Assembly (NCBI RefSeq): GCF_963921235.1
Contig: NC_086109.1
Coordinates: forward strand, 19,532,001 to 19,596,000
DNA length: 64,000 nt
Source: Mobula hypostoma
Lineage: Eukaryota
Direction of reading: 5' to 3'
Positions 1 through 13,514 of this stretch are shown piece by piece (the stretch's first letter is position 1; every line of letters begins with the position of its first letter). The notes under the pieces are model-generated. The model saw only the letters and a list, made by a program, of their open reading frames with translations. It had not been told where the DNA came from and ran no database searches. The translations under genes and the position numbers were made by a program.

Positions 1-79
1 AAAACTGCATTCTGAAAAATAAATTTGCTATGTGCAAACTTCTAAATTTGAGGATAGAGATAATCTATATATCAATCTG

Positions 80-310
80 CTTATGGGATTTTAAAACAAT
101 AAATTCTAGGAAACCTCATCAGGTCATGCAGCTGCTATTGAGAGAAAAACAGAAACAGGAAGTTCTCTTTTGTTTCAAGGGTGACAATGTACTCAAAGGA
201 CGAAAACCTGATGATGGTTCATCGAGGTTTTCTAACTACAGACACTGCCAAAGCAGCTAAGTATTTTCATCTTTCTCCATTTTTATTTCAGGTTTCCAGC
301 ATCTGCAGTT
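80..310. mobile_element. Degenerate fold-back Penelope-like 3'-end element
   Basis: Left arm ggaaacctcatcaggtcatgcagc, central cctgatga, and right arm ending ttccagcatctgcag resemble the PLE terminus at 44270-44400 in opposite orientations. Confidence 0.4.
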
Positions 311-460
311 ATGTTTTTTTGAAATACATTTTGGCTTTCTCCGTTTTTATTTCGGGTTTGCAGCATCTGAAGTTATGTTTTTTAAAATATATTTTAGCTT
401 TCTCCATTTTTATTTCAGGTTTCCAACATGTGCAGTTAAGCTTCTTTTTTATTTTAGCTT
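271..460 (+). repeat. Tandem repeat, ~64-bp unit x3
   Basis: Unit ctttctccatttttatttcaggtttccagcatctgcagtt... starts at 271, 335 and 398. Confidence 0.85.
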
Positions 461-462
461 TA

Positions 463-803
463 TGGTGGCACTGTGCTTAAACTACTATTTAATCCAGAGG
501 CCTTGACTAGTGACACAGAGATGTGTTTAAATCTAATCACAGTAGCTGGGGAATTTAAATTGTTAATTAATAAATGTGGAATAATATATTAATATCAATG
601 ATAGTGATCCAGCAGCTGAGACTTCTCATCCCTTAAGGAATGAAATTTAATCTTGTCTGGTCTATATATGATTCAAAATGCATAGCAATGTAGTTGTCTT
701 ATAACTGATAATGAATTGTTCAACAAGCTCATCAGTTAGAGATGAATATTATATATGTTGGTCTTGACAGTGATGCCCACTTCCTGTAAATGAATAATAA
801 AAG
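463..803 (+). mobile_element. Old tRNA-derived SINE
   Basis: taatccagaggcc...gctggggaatttaaatt...gatgcccacttcctgtaaatgaataataaaa; a related copy lies at 48890-49110. Confidence 0.55.
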
Positions 804-814
804 ATCAGCCACAT

Positions 815-1205
815 GACCATAAGACATTGGAGCAGATTTAGTTCATTCAGCCCATCTGCTATTCCATTATGGCCCATTTATTATCCCTCTCAACTCCATG
901 CTCCTGCCTTCTCACTGTAACCTTTGACACCCTTACTCATCAAGGACGAATCAACCTCAACTTTAAACATACCCAAAGACTTGGCCTCCACAGACATCGG
1001 TGGCAATGAATTCCATAGATTCATCACCCTCTGGCTAAGGAAATTCCTCATCTCTGTTCTAAAAGGCCACCCTCCTATTCTGAGGTTGTGCCCTCTGGTC
1101 ATGGACACCCCCACGATAGGAAGCACCCTCTCCACGTCTACTGCAGACCTTTTAATATTCCATAGGTTTCAATAAAATCCTCCCCCAGCCCCATTCTTCT
1201 AACTG
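815..1205 (-). mobile_element. CR1 LINE 3' fragment
   Basis: ORF 890-1135 translates as TRGHNLRI...FRTEMRNFLSQRVMNLWNSLP, the CR1 ORF2 C-terminus, followed by 3'UTR. Confidence 0.85.
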
Positions 1206-1859
1206 CTCTAATCCGAGCAGTTAATGCACATGGGATCAATTGGCACTTGCATTTTTTTGGAAGCTGTACTATTATAGATGCAACATGGAGATTAGTTGAG
1301 TCCAAGCTTGTGAAGGATCTGAATGAGAACAGTGCTGTTTGTAATCTCCAGTTTTGTTTAGAGCACAGCTGGGGTATCTTCCAGGATCAATCGCTCCAAC
1401 ACAATCAAATGGCTTTCTAGGTCAACAGAGCCAAAGGCAATTCTGTGAATGAAAGGAGCCTGTCCTCAGTGGGCACTCCAGGAGGGGCAGTTGGGCTGTT
1501 AAGATCACCAGACTTCAGTACTGTAGCATTAGCTTTTGTTAATAACAAAAGCTCGAGGTTTTTGTCACAATGAATTGTTCCACCTCTGAGCCAGAGAGTG
1601 AAAGGTTCAAACCCAACCTCGAAAAATATCCAGTTGAGTAGAAAGTAGAATAAAGCCTCACTGTATACCAGGTAAAGGTCCTTTGAAAACCCGGTGCTTG
1701 GTTGGTTCAATGATAAAACTTGGTCAGATCAGTTGAGTTCAAGACCATCTCCAAGGCAGCCCTGTGAGAGAGATTAGAATGAAAGCTCCGACAAGTGGGT
1801 TGACACTCAGCTGAACTGGAGCTTTATTGGTGTTGCAGACTGGTGTTAAATGGGTGGCT

Positions 1860-2215
1860 CCTTCCCTTCATCATTAAGGATCTCCACCACCCAGGAGATG
1901 CTCTCTTCACACTGTTACCGTTGGGAAGGAGGTACAGAAGCCTGAGGGCACACACCCAGCGATTCAAAAGCAGTTTCTTCCCCTCTGCCATCCAATTCTT
2001 AAATGGACATTGAATCCATGAACACTACCTCACTACTTTTTTATTTCCATTTTTTGCACTGCTTATTTTAATTTACTATTTGATAGACATGTTTATATAC
2101 TTATTCTAATTCAGTTTTTCCTTCTATATTTATTTATCATGCATTTCATTGTACTGTTGCCGTAAAGTTAACAAATTTCACAACATATGCCGGTGATATA
2201 AACCAGATTCAGATT
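1860..2215 (+). mobile_element. Rex1/Babar-like LINE 3' fragment
   Basis: Encodes HHPGDALFTLLPLGRRYRSL-like C-terminus; ends in a gattcagatt tail. Confidence 0.75.
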
Positions 2216-2249
2216 GCTCTTCTCCCTGCCCTTGCTCCCAGGAGGTACA

Positions 2250-2745
2250 CTTTAGGATTAACTTCATTTACCGTATATACAGTATTTACATGGATTAGGA
2301 AATTGTTGTGCTGTGTTGACACCATATGTGATGAAAAAATGACAGTTTTCAACAATTAAACAAAATTATATAAAAATAAAGTTAGCAGTACAGATATAGA
2401 ATAAATTGTGAATGAATACATAAATAGCACCATGTACTTACAATGTAAACAGCATTATAAAACTTGGTTTAAAATGTTTACAGTGCAGTGCATGACTGAG
2501 GTAATAGATGGGGGGTTGTGGAGGGCTAAATTGAATGGCTGATCAGATTAACTGCCTGAGGGAAGAAACTTTGGTGTTGTGAAGTTTTTGTTTTAATAGC
2601 CCTATACCTCTTTCCATAAGGGAGCTTTTGGGAAAGTCATTTTGCTGGGCGGGTAATATCCTCAATGATTTTTCCTGCTTCCTTCTTTGTCCTGGACGTG
2701 TACAAGTCCTGTAGTAATGGTAGACTGCTACCAAAGACCTTTGAC
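2250..2745 (-). mobile_element. Degenerate Rex1/Babar-like LINE 3' fragment
   Basis: Reverse strand resembles the ...GKRYRA...TTxxxxSFFPQAV terminus seen in other copies. Confidence 0.5.
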
Positions 2746-2859
2746 CAATGGCACAGTCACATTAGCACATTCTGAACCAAAAATATCTATTTGCCACCCT
2801 GTTCAGCTTCCCCTTTGGCAACAGGATCACATACCAGATACTTAAAAGAGCAAGTAATA

Positions 2860-3426
2860 CATTCAGTGACCATTTTATTAGGCGCCTGCTGGACTTAATA
2901 CTGTGGCCACTGAATGTATGATCATGGTCGTCTGCTGCTGTAGCCCATCCACTTCAAGATTCAACATGTTGTGCATTCAGAGATGTTCTGCACAGCACTG
3001 TTGTAACACAAGGTTATTTGTGTTATTGTCGCCTTCCTGTCAGCTTCAGCAGTCCGACCATTCTCCTCTGATCTCTCTCATTAACAAAGCACTCTCGCCC
3101 ACTGAATTGTCATTCACTGAATTGTTTTTGGTTTTCTGCACCATTCTCTGTAAACTCTAGAGACGGTTGTACGTCAAAAATGTCCCGGGAGATCAGCAGT
3201 TTCTGAGATACTGAAAACACCCCATCTGGTGCCAACAATCATTCCACGGTCAAAGTCACTAAGATCACAGTTCTTCCCCATTCTGATGTTTGGTCAGAAC
3301 AACAACTGAAACTCTTGACCATGTCTATATGCGTTAATGCATTGAGTTGCTGCCACATGATTGGCTGATTAGATATTTGCATTAATGAGCAGGTGTACAG
3401 CTGTAACTAATAAAGCAGCGTGAGTG
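2860..3426 (-). mobile_element. Tc1-derived non-autonomous element (MITE)
   Basis: TIR related to cactcagtggccactttattagg, preceded by TA; reverse strand carries a Tc1 transposase N-terminal HTH remnant; five copies in the window. Confidence 0.9.
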
Positions 3427-3659
3427 AATGCTTACCTTATTTTTCATTCTCCTGCTGATATTCTGAACCCTTCTAAAATGTTATGCCTGTTCTGTGTAAC
3501 GGATTTGAGCATTATAAGAAGTAATGAAATTATTTTCGATAGCTTTCAACCAGAAAGCTACAGAAAGACTTGAGTCCTGTTTCTTTGTACTGAGTTCAAA
3601 TTCAAGTGCTTGAGTTGAAAGGATGACGTTTCACAGGATCTTTCCTTTTCCCTATATAG

Positions 3660-3956
3660 TTATTTATTTATTTATTTATTTGGCGATACAGCACAGAACA
3701 GACCCCTTTGACCCAACAGCCCAGTAACTCGCCTATTCAAAACCAGTCTGATAACAGGACAGTTTAAATAACCAATTAACCGACTAACCAGTAAATCTTA
3801 GGACAGTGGCAGGAAACTGGAGCATTCAGAAGAAGCCCTCATGGTCATGGGGAGAATATGCAAACTCCTTACAGACAGTGCCAGAATTGAACTCTGAATT
3901 CGGACGCCTTGATCTGTAATAGCGTCACACTGACTGCTACGCTACTGTGGTGTCCT
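3660..3956 (-). mobile_element. HE1/V-SINE-like SINE
   Basis: Reverse strand has a tRNA-like head, the central ctgtaaggagtttg...gtttcc domain and an (AAAT)n tail. Confidence 0.75.
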
Positions 3957-6048
3957 GTCACAGAGCTTTCTAGATTAAGACGCATAATCACAAAATCAGA
4001 TCAGAGCCTGTGCTTGGAAGGGTTTTAATTTCTCCATCTTTGCTCGTGATTCATTGAGTATTAACAGTGAAGTTGTCAATGAACAGCTCCATTACTCTTC
4101 GATTGCTTCATGATGATGACACCACATTACCCATGATACTCTGTGGTGATAATCTGTCCAACTCTGTACTATCTCACACTGCCTGCTTTAAACCAGATTC
4201 AGTCACATGAGCAGTAGAACTTTCTGTAGAGTCCTGTGGGCTCACCTTCAAGGGCTCTACAACTCATGTTCTCAGTATTATTTATTTACTTGTTTATTAT
4301 TATTATTATTATTATTATTATATTTTTGCATTTGCACAATTTGTCTTTTTTCTTGCACATTACTTGTTTGCCAGTATAGCCTTTCACTTGTACTATCATA
4401 CTTCTTTGTTCTACTGTGAATGCCTGCAAGAAAATTAATCCCAGAGCAGTACAGTATATGGTGACATATATGTACTTTGAAAGTAAATTTACTTTCATTT
4501 ACTTTTGAGACTCTTCTGGAAGAAATTAGAATTACTTTTGTCCTTCAAACTTCCCCTAGAGTTGGCATAAAAAAAGGAATATTGACATTTCAAATAATAA
4601 AACTATGTTTCCCTTGATGACTAGAATCAATACAGCTGTAGTTATTTTCATGTGTCATAACACTGCAAACATTTGCAGTGTAATTAAAAGGCTCTCTAAC
4701 TGTGGTATAAATACTTGACCAGTCTCATCTTTATATCACCCTAAGGTGAAAGTTTGTCCTATAAAGGGGTTGTTAAATTCCATCCATAAACTGGTAGCTT
4801 GTGCTCAGATTGTGACCTACCATCTATATGTCAATCCATATTCGGAGATAAAGACTTATCATGGGACTTGTGCATTTCCCTTCTCATTCAGATGCCCAAG
4901 TGCTATCATTGAGCCAAAACCTTCTTCAATCAATATGATGAATGCAACCAAGGAAGCAGCAGTCAGAATATTGCTTCTTTCCGATGACTAACAGACTCCT
5001 AATGAGAAAAACTTGTCAAAAGTTTGGAGATAATGAATAGAATAAAAGGAATAAATCACTTTGACCTCATTTCATTTGGCTCCCTACTTGGAGGCTGGTT
5101 TAAACTTATCCTCAAAATATATCCACTATGTTTAAGCCCTCTGAAATTTTAACCCTAATCTAAAGAATCTGGAACAGCTAAAGGACATGTGCTCCTTTGA
5201 ATCTATTCCTCCCCTCACCACCAAGACTGATGTGCCTCATCATTATTTACCTGCCCAATCATCATATCCTTTTAACGCTTAATCAGCATTTGATTTTAAG
5301 GTATTCAAGGATAGAACATCTACCAGACTCTTCAGTAAAGAATTACAAAGATTTGCAGCCTATTGAATAAAATGTTCTCATCTCAATCCTATTTATCAGA
5401 TCTCATGTCTTAAGACTATGTCTGCTAGATCTAGACTCTTAGCCACAGAGAAAAAGAGTCCATCAGAATCTACCTCAGTCAAAAACATATGCTTCCATGA
5501 CGTCACTTCTCATTCTTCAGATTGCAGACACTAAAATCCCATCCTTCTCAATCCTTCTTGATAAGGTCACTGTTTTTCGATGAGCCAACATAATGATTCT
5601 TCACAACCTGTCATGTCACGAAATGTAAGTTTATCAAGCTGGAATTTATTGCAACAGTGATGGCGAGTTCATTGCATACATTATATTGACTTGTGTAAAA
5701 CCCCAGCAGTTTGCAGTGAGGAAAGGATAAGCCATCGATCGCAAATTGCCAAAGGTTTCGAGATGATTAGTGCTGCTCAGCTATTAGCTTTGAGAAGGTG
5801 AACGCTTGCTCTTAACCTTCCTGTGAGTATCAAGATATTGCAGCATTAGTGTTGTTAAGTATAAATTAAACTCACTGCAAAAGGTTAAGGGATGGTACTT
5901 AATGACAAAAGGACAGATCTAATGCTGAGATTTATGTTCCTGCAGTGCTACTCGAATCTCTGACCCAGTGAAGGAATAGTTGACACCTTGGAGGTTATAA
6001 GTTATATCTACAGGAGGTTTTTAAAACCAAAAAATAGAAATTCTTTGA

Positions 6049-8270
6049 ATAGAAACATAGAAAACCTCCAGCACAATACAGGCCCTTCAGACCACAATGC
6101 TGTGCCAAATATGTACTTACTTTAGAAAATACCTTGGATTACCCGTAGCCCTCTATTTTTCTAAGCTCCATGTACCTATTCAGGAGTCTCATAAAAGACC
6201 TTATTGTATCCGTCTCCACCACAGTCGCCGACAGCCCATTCTATGCACTCACCACTCTCTGCATAAAAAACTTACCCCTGATATCCTCTCTGTACCTACT
6301 TTCAAGCACCTTAAAACTGTGCCCTCTTGTGTTAGCCACTTCACCCTGGAAAAAAGCCTCTGACTATCCACATGATCAATGCCTCTCATCATCTTATACA
6401 CCTCTAACAGGTCACCTCTCATCCTCCATCATTCTAAGGAGAAAAGGCCAAGTTCACTCAACCTATTATCATAAGGCATGCTCCCCAATCTGGGCAATAT
6501 CCTTGTAAATCTCCTCTGCACCCTTTCCATAGCTTCCTCATCTTTCCTGTAGTGAGGTGACCAGAACTGAGCACAGTACTCCGAGTGGGGTCTGACCAGG
6601 GTCCTATATAGCTGTAACATTACCTCTCGGCTCTTGAACTCAATCCCATGGTTGATGAAGGCTAATGCACCATATGCCTTCTTAATCATACAGTCAACCT
6701 ATGTAGCAGTTTTGATTGTCCTATGGACTCGGACGCCAAGATCACTCTGATCCTCCACACTGCCAAGAGACTTACCATTAATGCTATATTCTGCCATCAT
6801 ATTTGACCTACCAAAATGAACCACCTCACACTTATCTGGGTTGAACTCCATCTGCCACTTCTCAGCCCAGTTTTGCATCTTATCAATGTCCCGCTGTAAC
6901 CTTTAACAGCCGTCCACCACTATCCACAACACCTTCAACCTTTGTGTCATCAGCAAACTTACTAACCCATCCCCCCACTTCCTCATCCAGGTCATTTATA
7001 AAGCTCAGAAAGAGGAGGGGTCCCAGAACAGAATCCTGAGCAGGCATGCCACTGGTTACCAGCCTCCATGCAGAATATAACCCATCTACAACCACACTTT
7101 GCCTTCTGTGGACAAGCCAATTCTGGATCCACAAAGTAATGTCCCCTTGAATTCTATGCCTCCTTACTTTCTCAATAAGCCTTGCATGGGGTACCTTATC
7201 AAATGCCTTTCTGAAATCCATATACACTACATCTACTGCTCTGCCTTCATCTATGTGTTTAGTCATATCCTCAAAAAATTCAATCAGGCTCGTAAGGCAT
7301 GACTTTCCTTTGACAAGCCGTGCTGACTATTCCTAATCATATTATGCCTCTCCAAATGTTCATAAATCCTGCCTCTTAAGATCTTCTCCATCAACTTACA
7401 AACCACTGAAGTAAGACTCACTAATCTATAATATCCTGGACCATCTCTACTCCCTTTCGTGAATAAGGGAACAATATCTGCAATCCTCCAATCCTCCAGA
7501 ATCCCTCCTGTCCGCATTGATGATGCAAAAATCATCACCAGAGGCTCAGCAATCTCCTCCCTTGCCTCCCACAGTAGCCTGGAGTTTATCTCGTCTGGTC
7601 TCAGTGACTTATCCAACTTGATGCTTTCAGAAAGCTCCAGCACATCCTCTTTCTTAATATCTACATGCTCAAGCTTTTCGGTTCACTGTAAGTCATCCCT
7701 ACAATCACCAAGGTCCTTTTCCGTGGCGAATACTGAAGCAAAGTACTCATTAAGTATCTCCACTATCTCCTCCTGTTCCATACATACTTTTCCACTGTCA
7801 CACTTGATTGCTCCTATTCTCTCACACCTTATCTTCTTGCTCTTCACATACTTGTGGAATGCCTTGGGGTTTTCCTTAATCCTTTCCTCCAAGGCCTTCT
7901 CATGGCCCCTTCTGGCTCTCCTAATTTCATTAATAAGCTCCTTACTGCTAGCCTTATAATTTTCTAGATCTCTATCATTACCTAGTATTTGAATCTTCCG
8001 TAAGCTTTTCTATTTTTCTTGACTAGATTTTCAACAACCTTTGTACACCATACTTCCTGTACCCTACCATCTTTTCCCTGTCTCATTGGAATGTACCTAT
8101 GCAGAACCCCATGCAAATAACCCCTGAACATTTGACAAATTTCTGCCGTACATTTCCCTGAGAACATCTGTTCCCAATTTATGCTTCCAAGTTCATATTT
8201 CCCCTTACTCCAATTAAATGCTTTCCTAACCTGTCTGTTCCTATCCCTCTCCATTGCTATGGTAAAAAGG
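6049..8270 (-). mobile_element. 5'-truncated CR1 LINE, frameshifted ORF2 (reverse transcriptase)
   Basis: Consecutive ORFs give YMDFRKAFDKVPH, QDSVLGPLLF, SKFADDTK and LVRPHSEYCAQFWSP; (TTTCTATG)-type 3' tail near 6050. Confidence 0.95.
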
Positions 8271-8504
8271 AGATAGAACGTTGTTCTTTTTTTTCCTCAC
8301 TAATTATATTTTCCCTAACAATCCAGTCTCTCTTTGCCTCTTTTTATTCTCCTCCTATAATGGATTCATGCTGTTTTATTTATTTTTATTCAATTATTTA
8401 TATTTTTATTCAATTATTTATTATCCTTAATTTTATTGATTGAGGGGAAAGGCAGCAGAAACCATGAAACTGAATTTGCTGCCAGAAAGTGTGGTAGAAT
8501 TAGA

Positions 8505-9620
8505 TGTCACCACCCCTACCACCAAGGATAAACCTGCTTTTCAATATTACCATCAGAGAGAAGATACAGGAGCCTGAATACACACACTTATTGTTTTAGG
8601 AACAGCTTCTTTTCCTCTGCCATCAAAGATTCAATGATTTAAAGTATATTGATTATCAAAGTATGTGTGCATTATACAACCCTGAAATTCGTCTTCCCCA
8701 CAAAAAGTCACAAAACAAAGAAGAACCAAGGAGCCAAACTGTTCAAAGAAAAACATCAAACATCAAACCCCACCCCCTCCCCACAAACACAAAAAACAAA
8801 TCACGCAAATGGTAACAAAAAAAAGAGCAAAAATACAGAATATAAAACACCAAATAGAAAGGCATATTTCAGTTCAGTTCAGCGCAGTGTTCATTAACTG
8901 CAGTCCGCTGCGATTCAAATATCACCCAAAAGTAGTAACAAAAAAGGAGCTACCAGAACTAGAACTTATCCTAAAACTGAATTAGAGTCTAATTCTAACA
9001 TCTGCATAGATTAAACCACCACCCACCAACAGCATCAAGGGAGCGAGAGGGATCACTCAAACGCAAGGACCTTGTCTCGCAAGCCGCGACCGAGAGGGAG
9101 AGAGAGGCCACCTCATGCAGACGCCTGCTCTGGCAGCAGCGAGCGAGAGGCTGGCCGACAGGGCTGAGCACCCGCTTGAGTTCCGCACCCCACCTCAATG
9201 CCTTCAATCTGCTTCGGCGCTTTAACCGGTGGGAGATGGAGTCACCCATGGACCTGCGCCCCATTTCCTGGCTTCCTGGCCTTCCTGCCGCACACTTTTG
9301 ACGCAGCCTCGTGGAGCACTGTCAGAGACAGCAAAGCACCAGTTCAGCACGAAATCAGATTTCTGAACGGACAATGAACCATGAACATTACCTCACTACT
9401 TTCGCTTCCTTTTTACACTACTTATTTTTTATATACTCAGTAGCCACCTTATTAGATAAACCTGTACATTAGCAAGTTAATAGAAATAAAGTGACCTGTC
9501 TGTGTATTTTTCTTATTGTAATTCATAGTATAATTTAAAGTATTGCACTGTACTGCTGCTGGAAAACGACAAACTTCATAACATATGTCAGTGGTAATAA
9601 ACCTGATTCTGATTCTGCTA
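8505..9620. mobile_element. Rex1/Babar 3' fragment (+) interrupted by a ~730-bp minus-strand element
   Basis: ctctgccatca breaks near 8625 and resumes as atcagatttctgaacgg near 9355; ends in cctgattctgattctg; a Tc1 TIR remnant lies at ~9436-9497. Confidence 0.6.
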
Positions 9621-10492
9621 TCATAATTTTGAAAGGGAACTCTATAAATACTTGAGCAGAAAAAGTAAATGCATGATACAGAAGAAGAAGACAGGGAATT
9701 GCATTCACTCGGTAGTCCTTACAAAAACCAAGCATGGACACAATAGGCTGATAGGTTCCTCCTATGTATGAGTCACCAGTGTTTAGATACCAATTGCAAG
9801 TACATTTGTGCTTCTCAGATTCAGGAGGGAAAAGTGCTGGTTTGCATGATGAAACTATTCTTTGAAAATCAGATACCCTTTGGAGAAGTCCAAACACCTT
9901 TATTAGGTTTTCTTTATACTGTATCTGTCTCGTTCCAATTTATTCAAACTTTCCCAATAACTGCAATCTCTCTGAAGACAACCTTCTTTGTAGTTTTTGC
10001 AATATTTTCATGCTCTTTTTATAACACGGGGAGCAGAATTGTGCCTTGCATCCCTAAAGTGGTCTGACCAGAGTTTAACATCAAATCAAAGAGTTATTCA
10101 GTGTGGAAACAGGCCCTTCGATCCATTTCTGTTGTCTTCCTGTGCTGGTCCCATTTGGCCCATATTCTTCTGATTTCATCCTGTATGGTACTCAGACATA
10201 ACGTTTCTTAGTGCATAATCCGTGATAAGCAACCCAGCCAGAGGTAACCAGAAGGACTTTAGATTCATGTTTTTTTTTCCTGATATTTGAATGTGATGAA
10301 ATTTCTACTAATGCATTGGATCTAGAGGCACGCATTAACAAATCAGTATGTAGACCACGGAAAATGAACAAGTGAGAACATAAAGGATCAATCTGTCTAA
10401 CATTTCAAGAGCACCAGGAAATAACTATATAGCAATTATTAGAAAAAGCAGTATACAGTAGCCTTTTACTTGTAATCATTAGTATTCACCTG

Positions 10493-11030
10493 TTGTCCCA
10501 CAAAAGACTACAAAAGGTAGTGGATTTGGACCAGGACATTATGGATAAAGCAGTCCCAACCACTGAGCACATCTACATGAGATGCTGTTATAGGAAAGCA
10601 GCATCCATCATCAGAGATCTCCATCGCCCAAGACATGTTCTCTTCTCACTGCTGCCATCAAATAGAAGGTACAAGAGCTTCAGGACTCGCACCACGAGGT
10701 TCAAGAACAGTTACATCCCTTCAACCATCAGGCTCTTAAATAAAGAGGGATAACTACACTCACTTGCCCCATGATTGAAATGTTTCTACAACCAATGAAC
10801 TTCCCTTTAAGGACTCACTATATCATTATCTCATATTCTCATTATTTCTGGCTATTTATTTATATTTGCAGTTTGTTGTCTTCTGCACTCTGGTTGATCT
10901 TTCATTGATCCTATTATAGTTACTATTCTATAGTTTTGCTGAGTATGCCCACAAGAAAATGAATCTCAGGGTTGTGTATATGACATATATGGACTTTGAT
11001 AATAAAATTTACTTGTGACCTTTGAACTTG
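10493..11030 (+). mobile_element. Rex1/Babar-like LINE 3' fragment
   Basis: ORF 10493-10753: KAASIIRDLHRPRHVLFSLLPSNRRYKSFRTRTTRFKNSYIPSTIRLLN. Confidence 0.85.
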
Positions 11031-11619
11031 GTCTAGTAAGTTCACAGTTAATAATGGTAGAGTTGTATAGTACAGAAACAAATGCGTTGGTCCAACTCGT
11101 CCCAATGCTGACTCAGGTGCCCGCCCTAAGCTAACCCTATTTGCCTATGTTTAGCCAATTCCTGCCCATTTACTTAGTCTTTTATACGTTGCTATTGTAC
11201 CAGCCCCAGCGACTTGCTCTAACAGCTCATTCCATGTAAAGAAGTTGCCCCACATATTCCTTTTAAATCTTTCTATTCTTACTTTACCTATGCCTTTTAG
11301 TTTTTGGTTTCCTTTCTCTGAGAAATTCTGTGTGCATTCAGCGTTGCTATGTCCTGTCCCTCGTGATCTTAGACACCTCTACAAGGTCACCCTTCAGTCT
11401 CCTACACCCCATGGTATAATGTATTGTTATCACTATAGTAGATGTTTGAATGTATATGAGAAGGACATATCAGTACAGGAGAGATCCAATTGTAATCTGA
11501 GCCTTGGTGATCATATAAGAATCAGTGTACGGCTCTTTAAGTTCCAAAACTCCAGGACTTACCATTTACAAAAGTACATGCAGAAGCATAATCTGGAGGA
11601 ACTCAGTGGGTTTGATGGC

Positions 11620-12055
11620 GCTGGCTCTGTATTTGCTAGAATTTAGAAGAGTGAGGGGGATCTCATTGAAACCAGTTGAATATTCAAAGACCTAGAAGGA
11701 GTGAATGTGAGTAGGATGTTTCCTGTAATGCAGGAGTCTGGAACCAGAGAACACGTTCTTGGACATCCCTTTAGAACATCCTCTTAGAACAGAGATGAGC
11801 AAGAACTTCTTTAGCCAGTGGGTGATGAATCTATGAAATTCATTGCTGTAGATGAATGGGGGGTGGGGTTAAGTCATTGGGCATATTTAAAGCAGAAGTT
11901 GATAGGAACTTGATTAGTAAGTGAGTCAAAGGTTATGGGGAGAGGACAAGAGAATGAGTTTGAGAGGGATAATAAATCAGCCATGACGAAATGGTAGAGC
12001 AGACTAGATGGACCAAATGGCCCCATTCTGTTCCTGTGTCTTATGGTCTTATGGC
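11620..12055 (+). mobile_element. CR1 LINE 3' fragment
   Basis: gaatttagaagagtgaggggga tctcattgaaacc...; ends in cttatggtcttatggccttatgg tail. Confidence 0.8.
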
Positions 12056-12057
12056 CT

Positions 12058-12225
12058 TATGGGTCAGACAACATTTATGGAGGGAAATAGAACGACCCTT
12101 CATCAGCCTCTTCCGAAAACATCAACTGTCAATTTCCCTCCATAGATGCTTCCTGACCCACCAAATTCCTGCAGTCCTTTAAGCATTGCTCCAAATTTCC
12201 AATATGTGCAGTCTCTTGTGTCTGC
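12058..12225. mobile_element. Short fold-back Penelope-like 3'-end element
   Basis: atggagggaaat is inverted to atttccctccat; central gacccttcatcag is a hammerhead half on the minus strand. Confidence 0.6.
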
Positions 12226-13004
12226 AGAAGCAGAAAGGCAATTTCATGTTAAAATTCACATTTGCATTCAAAATTGTGAAAGGTTTTGACACAATAAGTC
12301 AGGAGTAGGTGCTTTCTGTGCCAGAAGAGCTGGTAACCACACAATATTGATTTGAAGTAATTGGCAAAAGACCCAGAAGGAAGATGAAGGGAAATTTATT
12401 TATGCAGAGTTATTACAGTCTGGCACACTCTGCCTGAAAGGGTGCTAGAAGCAGAATTTTTTAAAAACTTCAAAAATATCATTGAATACGAACTTGAAGA
12501 GGAAGAAAATGCAGCACTGTGGAGTAAGCAGGCAGCTCTTTCAAAGGCAGATCAGTACATGGATAGAAAAGATTTAGGGGGTTATGGGCCTAAAGAAGGC
12601 AAATGGGTCAGGCTCACATAGGTATATTAGGTCAAAGGACCTTTTTCCATGCTGTGTAACTTAGTGCAACTTGGTTACTGTACCATCTCAACTTGTGGAC
12701 TATTCTGGCTAGCCCACTCTTGACCCTCTACCTGCCTGGCAGCTTAAATTTTAGGATAATACTCTTGCCTGTGAGTCACGGTGATACTAGTTCAAACCTC
12801 ATGAGCATAACAGGCAGAAACATCGGGGGGGAACAGCTGGAGGTCAACAGTCAGAGATGATAGACACAAGATGGCCAATAGTTTACAGTCACTGGGGAAA
12901 GAGTGAGCAAGTGGGACTAGTAGGTTAGCTATTGTGATGAGATGATCCAGTACCTCTGTCAGAGTCTTTTGGAATTGCATGATTCTTTAATTCCTGCCTG
13001 TATC

Positions 13005-13255
13005 TTCTTAAGCCCATCCCCCTACTAGGGCGAAGACTGCCAACAGCAGCTCACCAGAATTCCCTGCCCTTGGTCAGTTTTGTCCCCAGGTGTAGCCCAT
13101 CGACTTGGTGTTTCCTTCCTCTCCCAGGTCTGAAGTTTTTGGAGCTTCTGTTGGCATTTCTGTAGCTCTGTGTTTTTAGGGGATGGGTTTGCTAGCCCTA
13201 TGCCCAATCCCCCTCCTTTCGCACCTGGACTTGGGACCATCAGTGGCAGAGTTTA
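13005..13255 (-). mobile_element. Probable RTE-related non-autonomous retroelement fragment
   Basis: Reverse strand has gggcatagggctagcaaacccatccc (RTE 5'UTR-like) joined to an RTE-like 3' end finishing ggcttaagaaga. Confidence 0.45.
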
Positions 13256-13514
13256 CTGATAGCTTTCCCACGTTATATTCTGGCATAAACACGAAAGATA
13301 CTGCAAATGCTGGAAATCTGGAGCAACCCAAAATGCTGGAGAGATTCAGCAAGTTAGACAGAGGTCGAGAGAGTGGACCTGCCCCAGTGCAGTGGCTTTT
13401 CCACTTTGAGAGCTCTCCCGCATTGGTTTTCTGTCTTCGTTGGACACGATGGACCGCCAGCCAATTAATAAACAATAAATTATATTCCTGAGGATGGATA
13501 TTTAGCATGAAGTG

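Noticed and set aside
202..232. Hairpin gaaaacctgatga-tggt-tcatcgaggttttc as an independent ribozyme or terminator
   Set aside because: No GAAA/UH core in a workable arrangement; it lies inside a decayed PLE remnant.
2835..2840. 6-nt micro-exon-like pattern ttttaAG|tatctg|GTATGT
   Set aside because: A MITE sits 17 nt upstream and the pre-insertion flank is purine-rich, so branch and pyrimidine context are unsupported.
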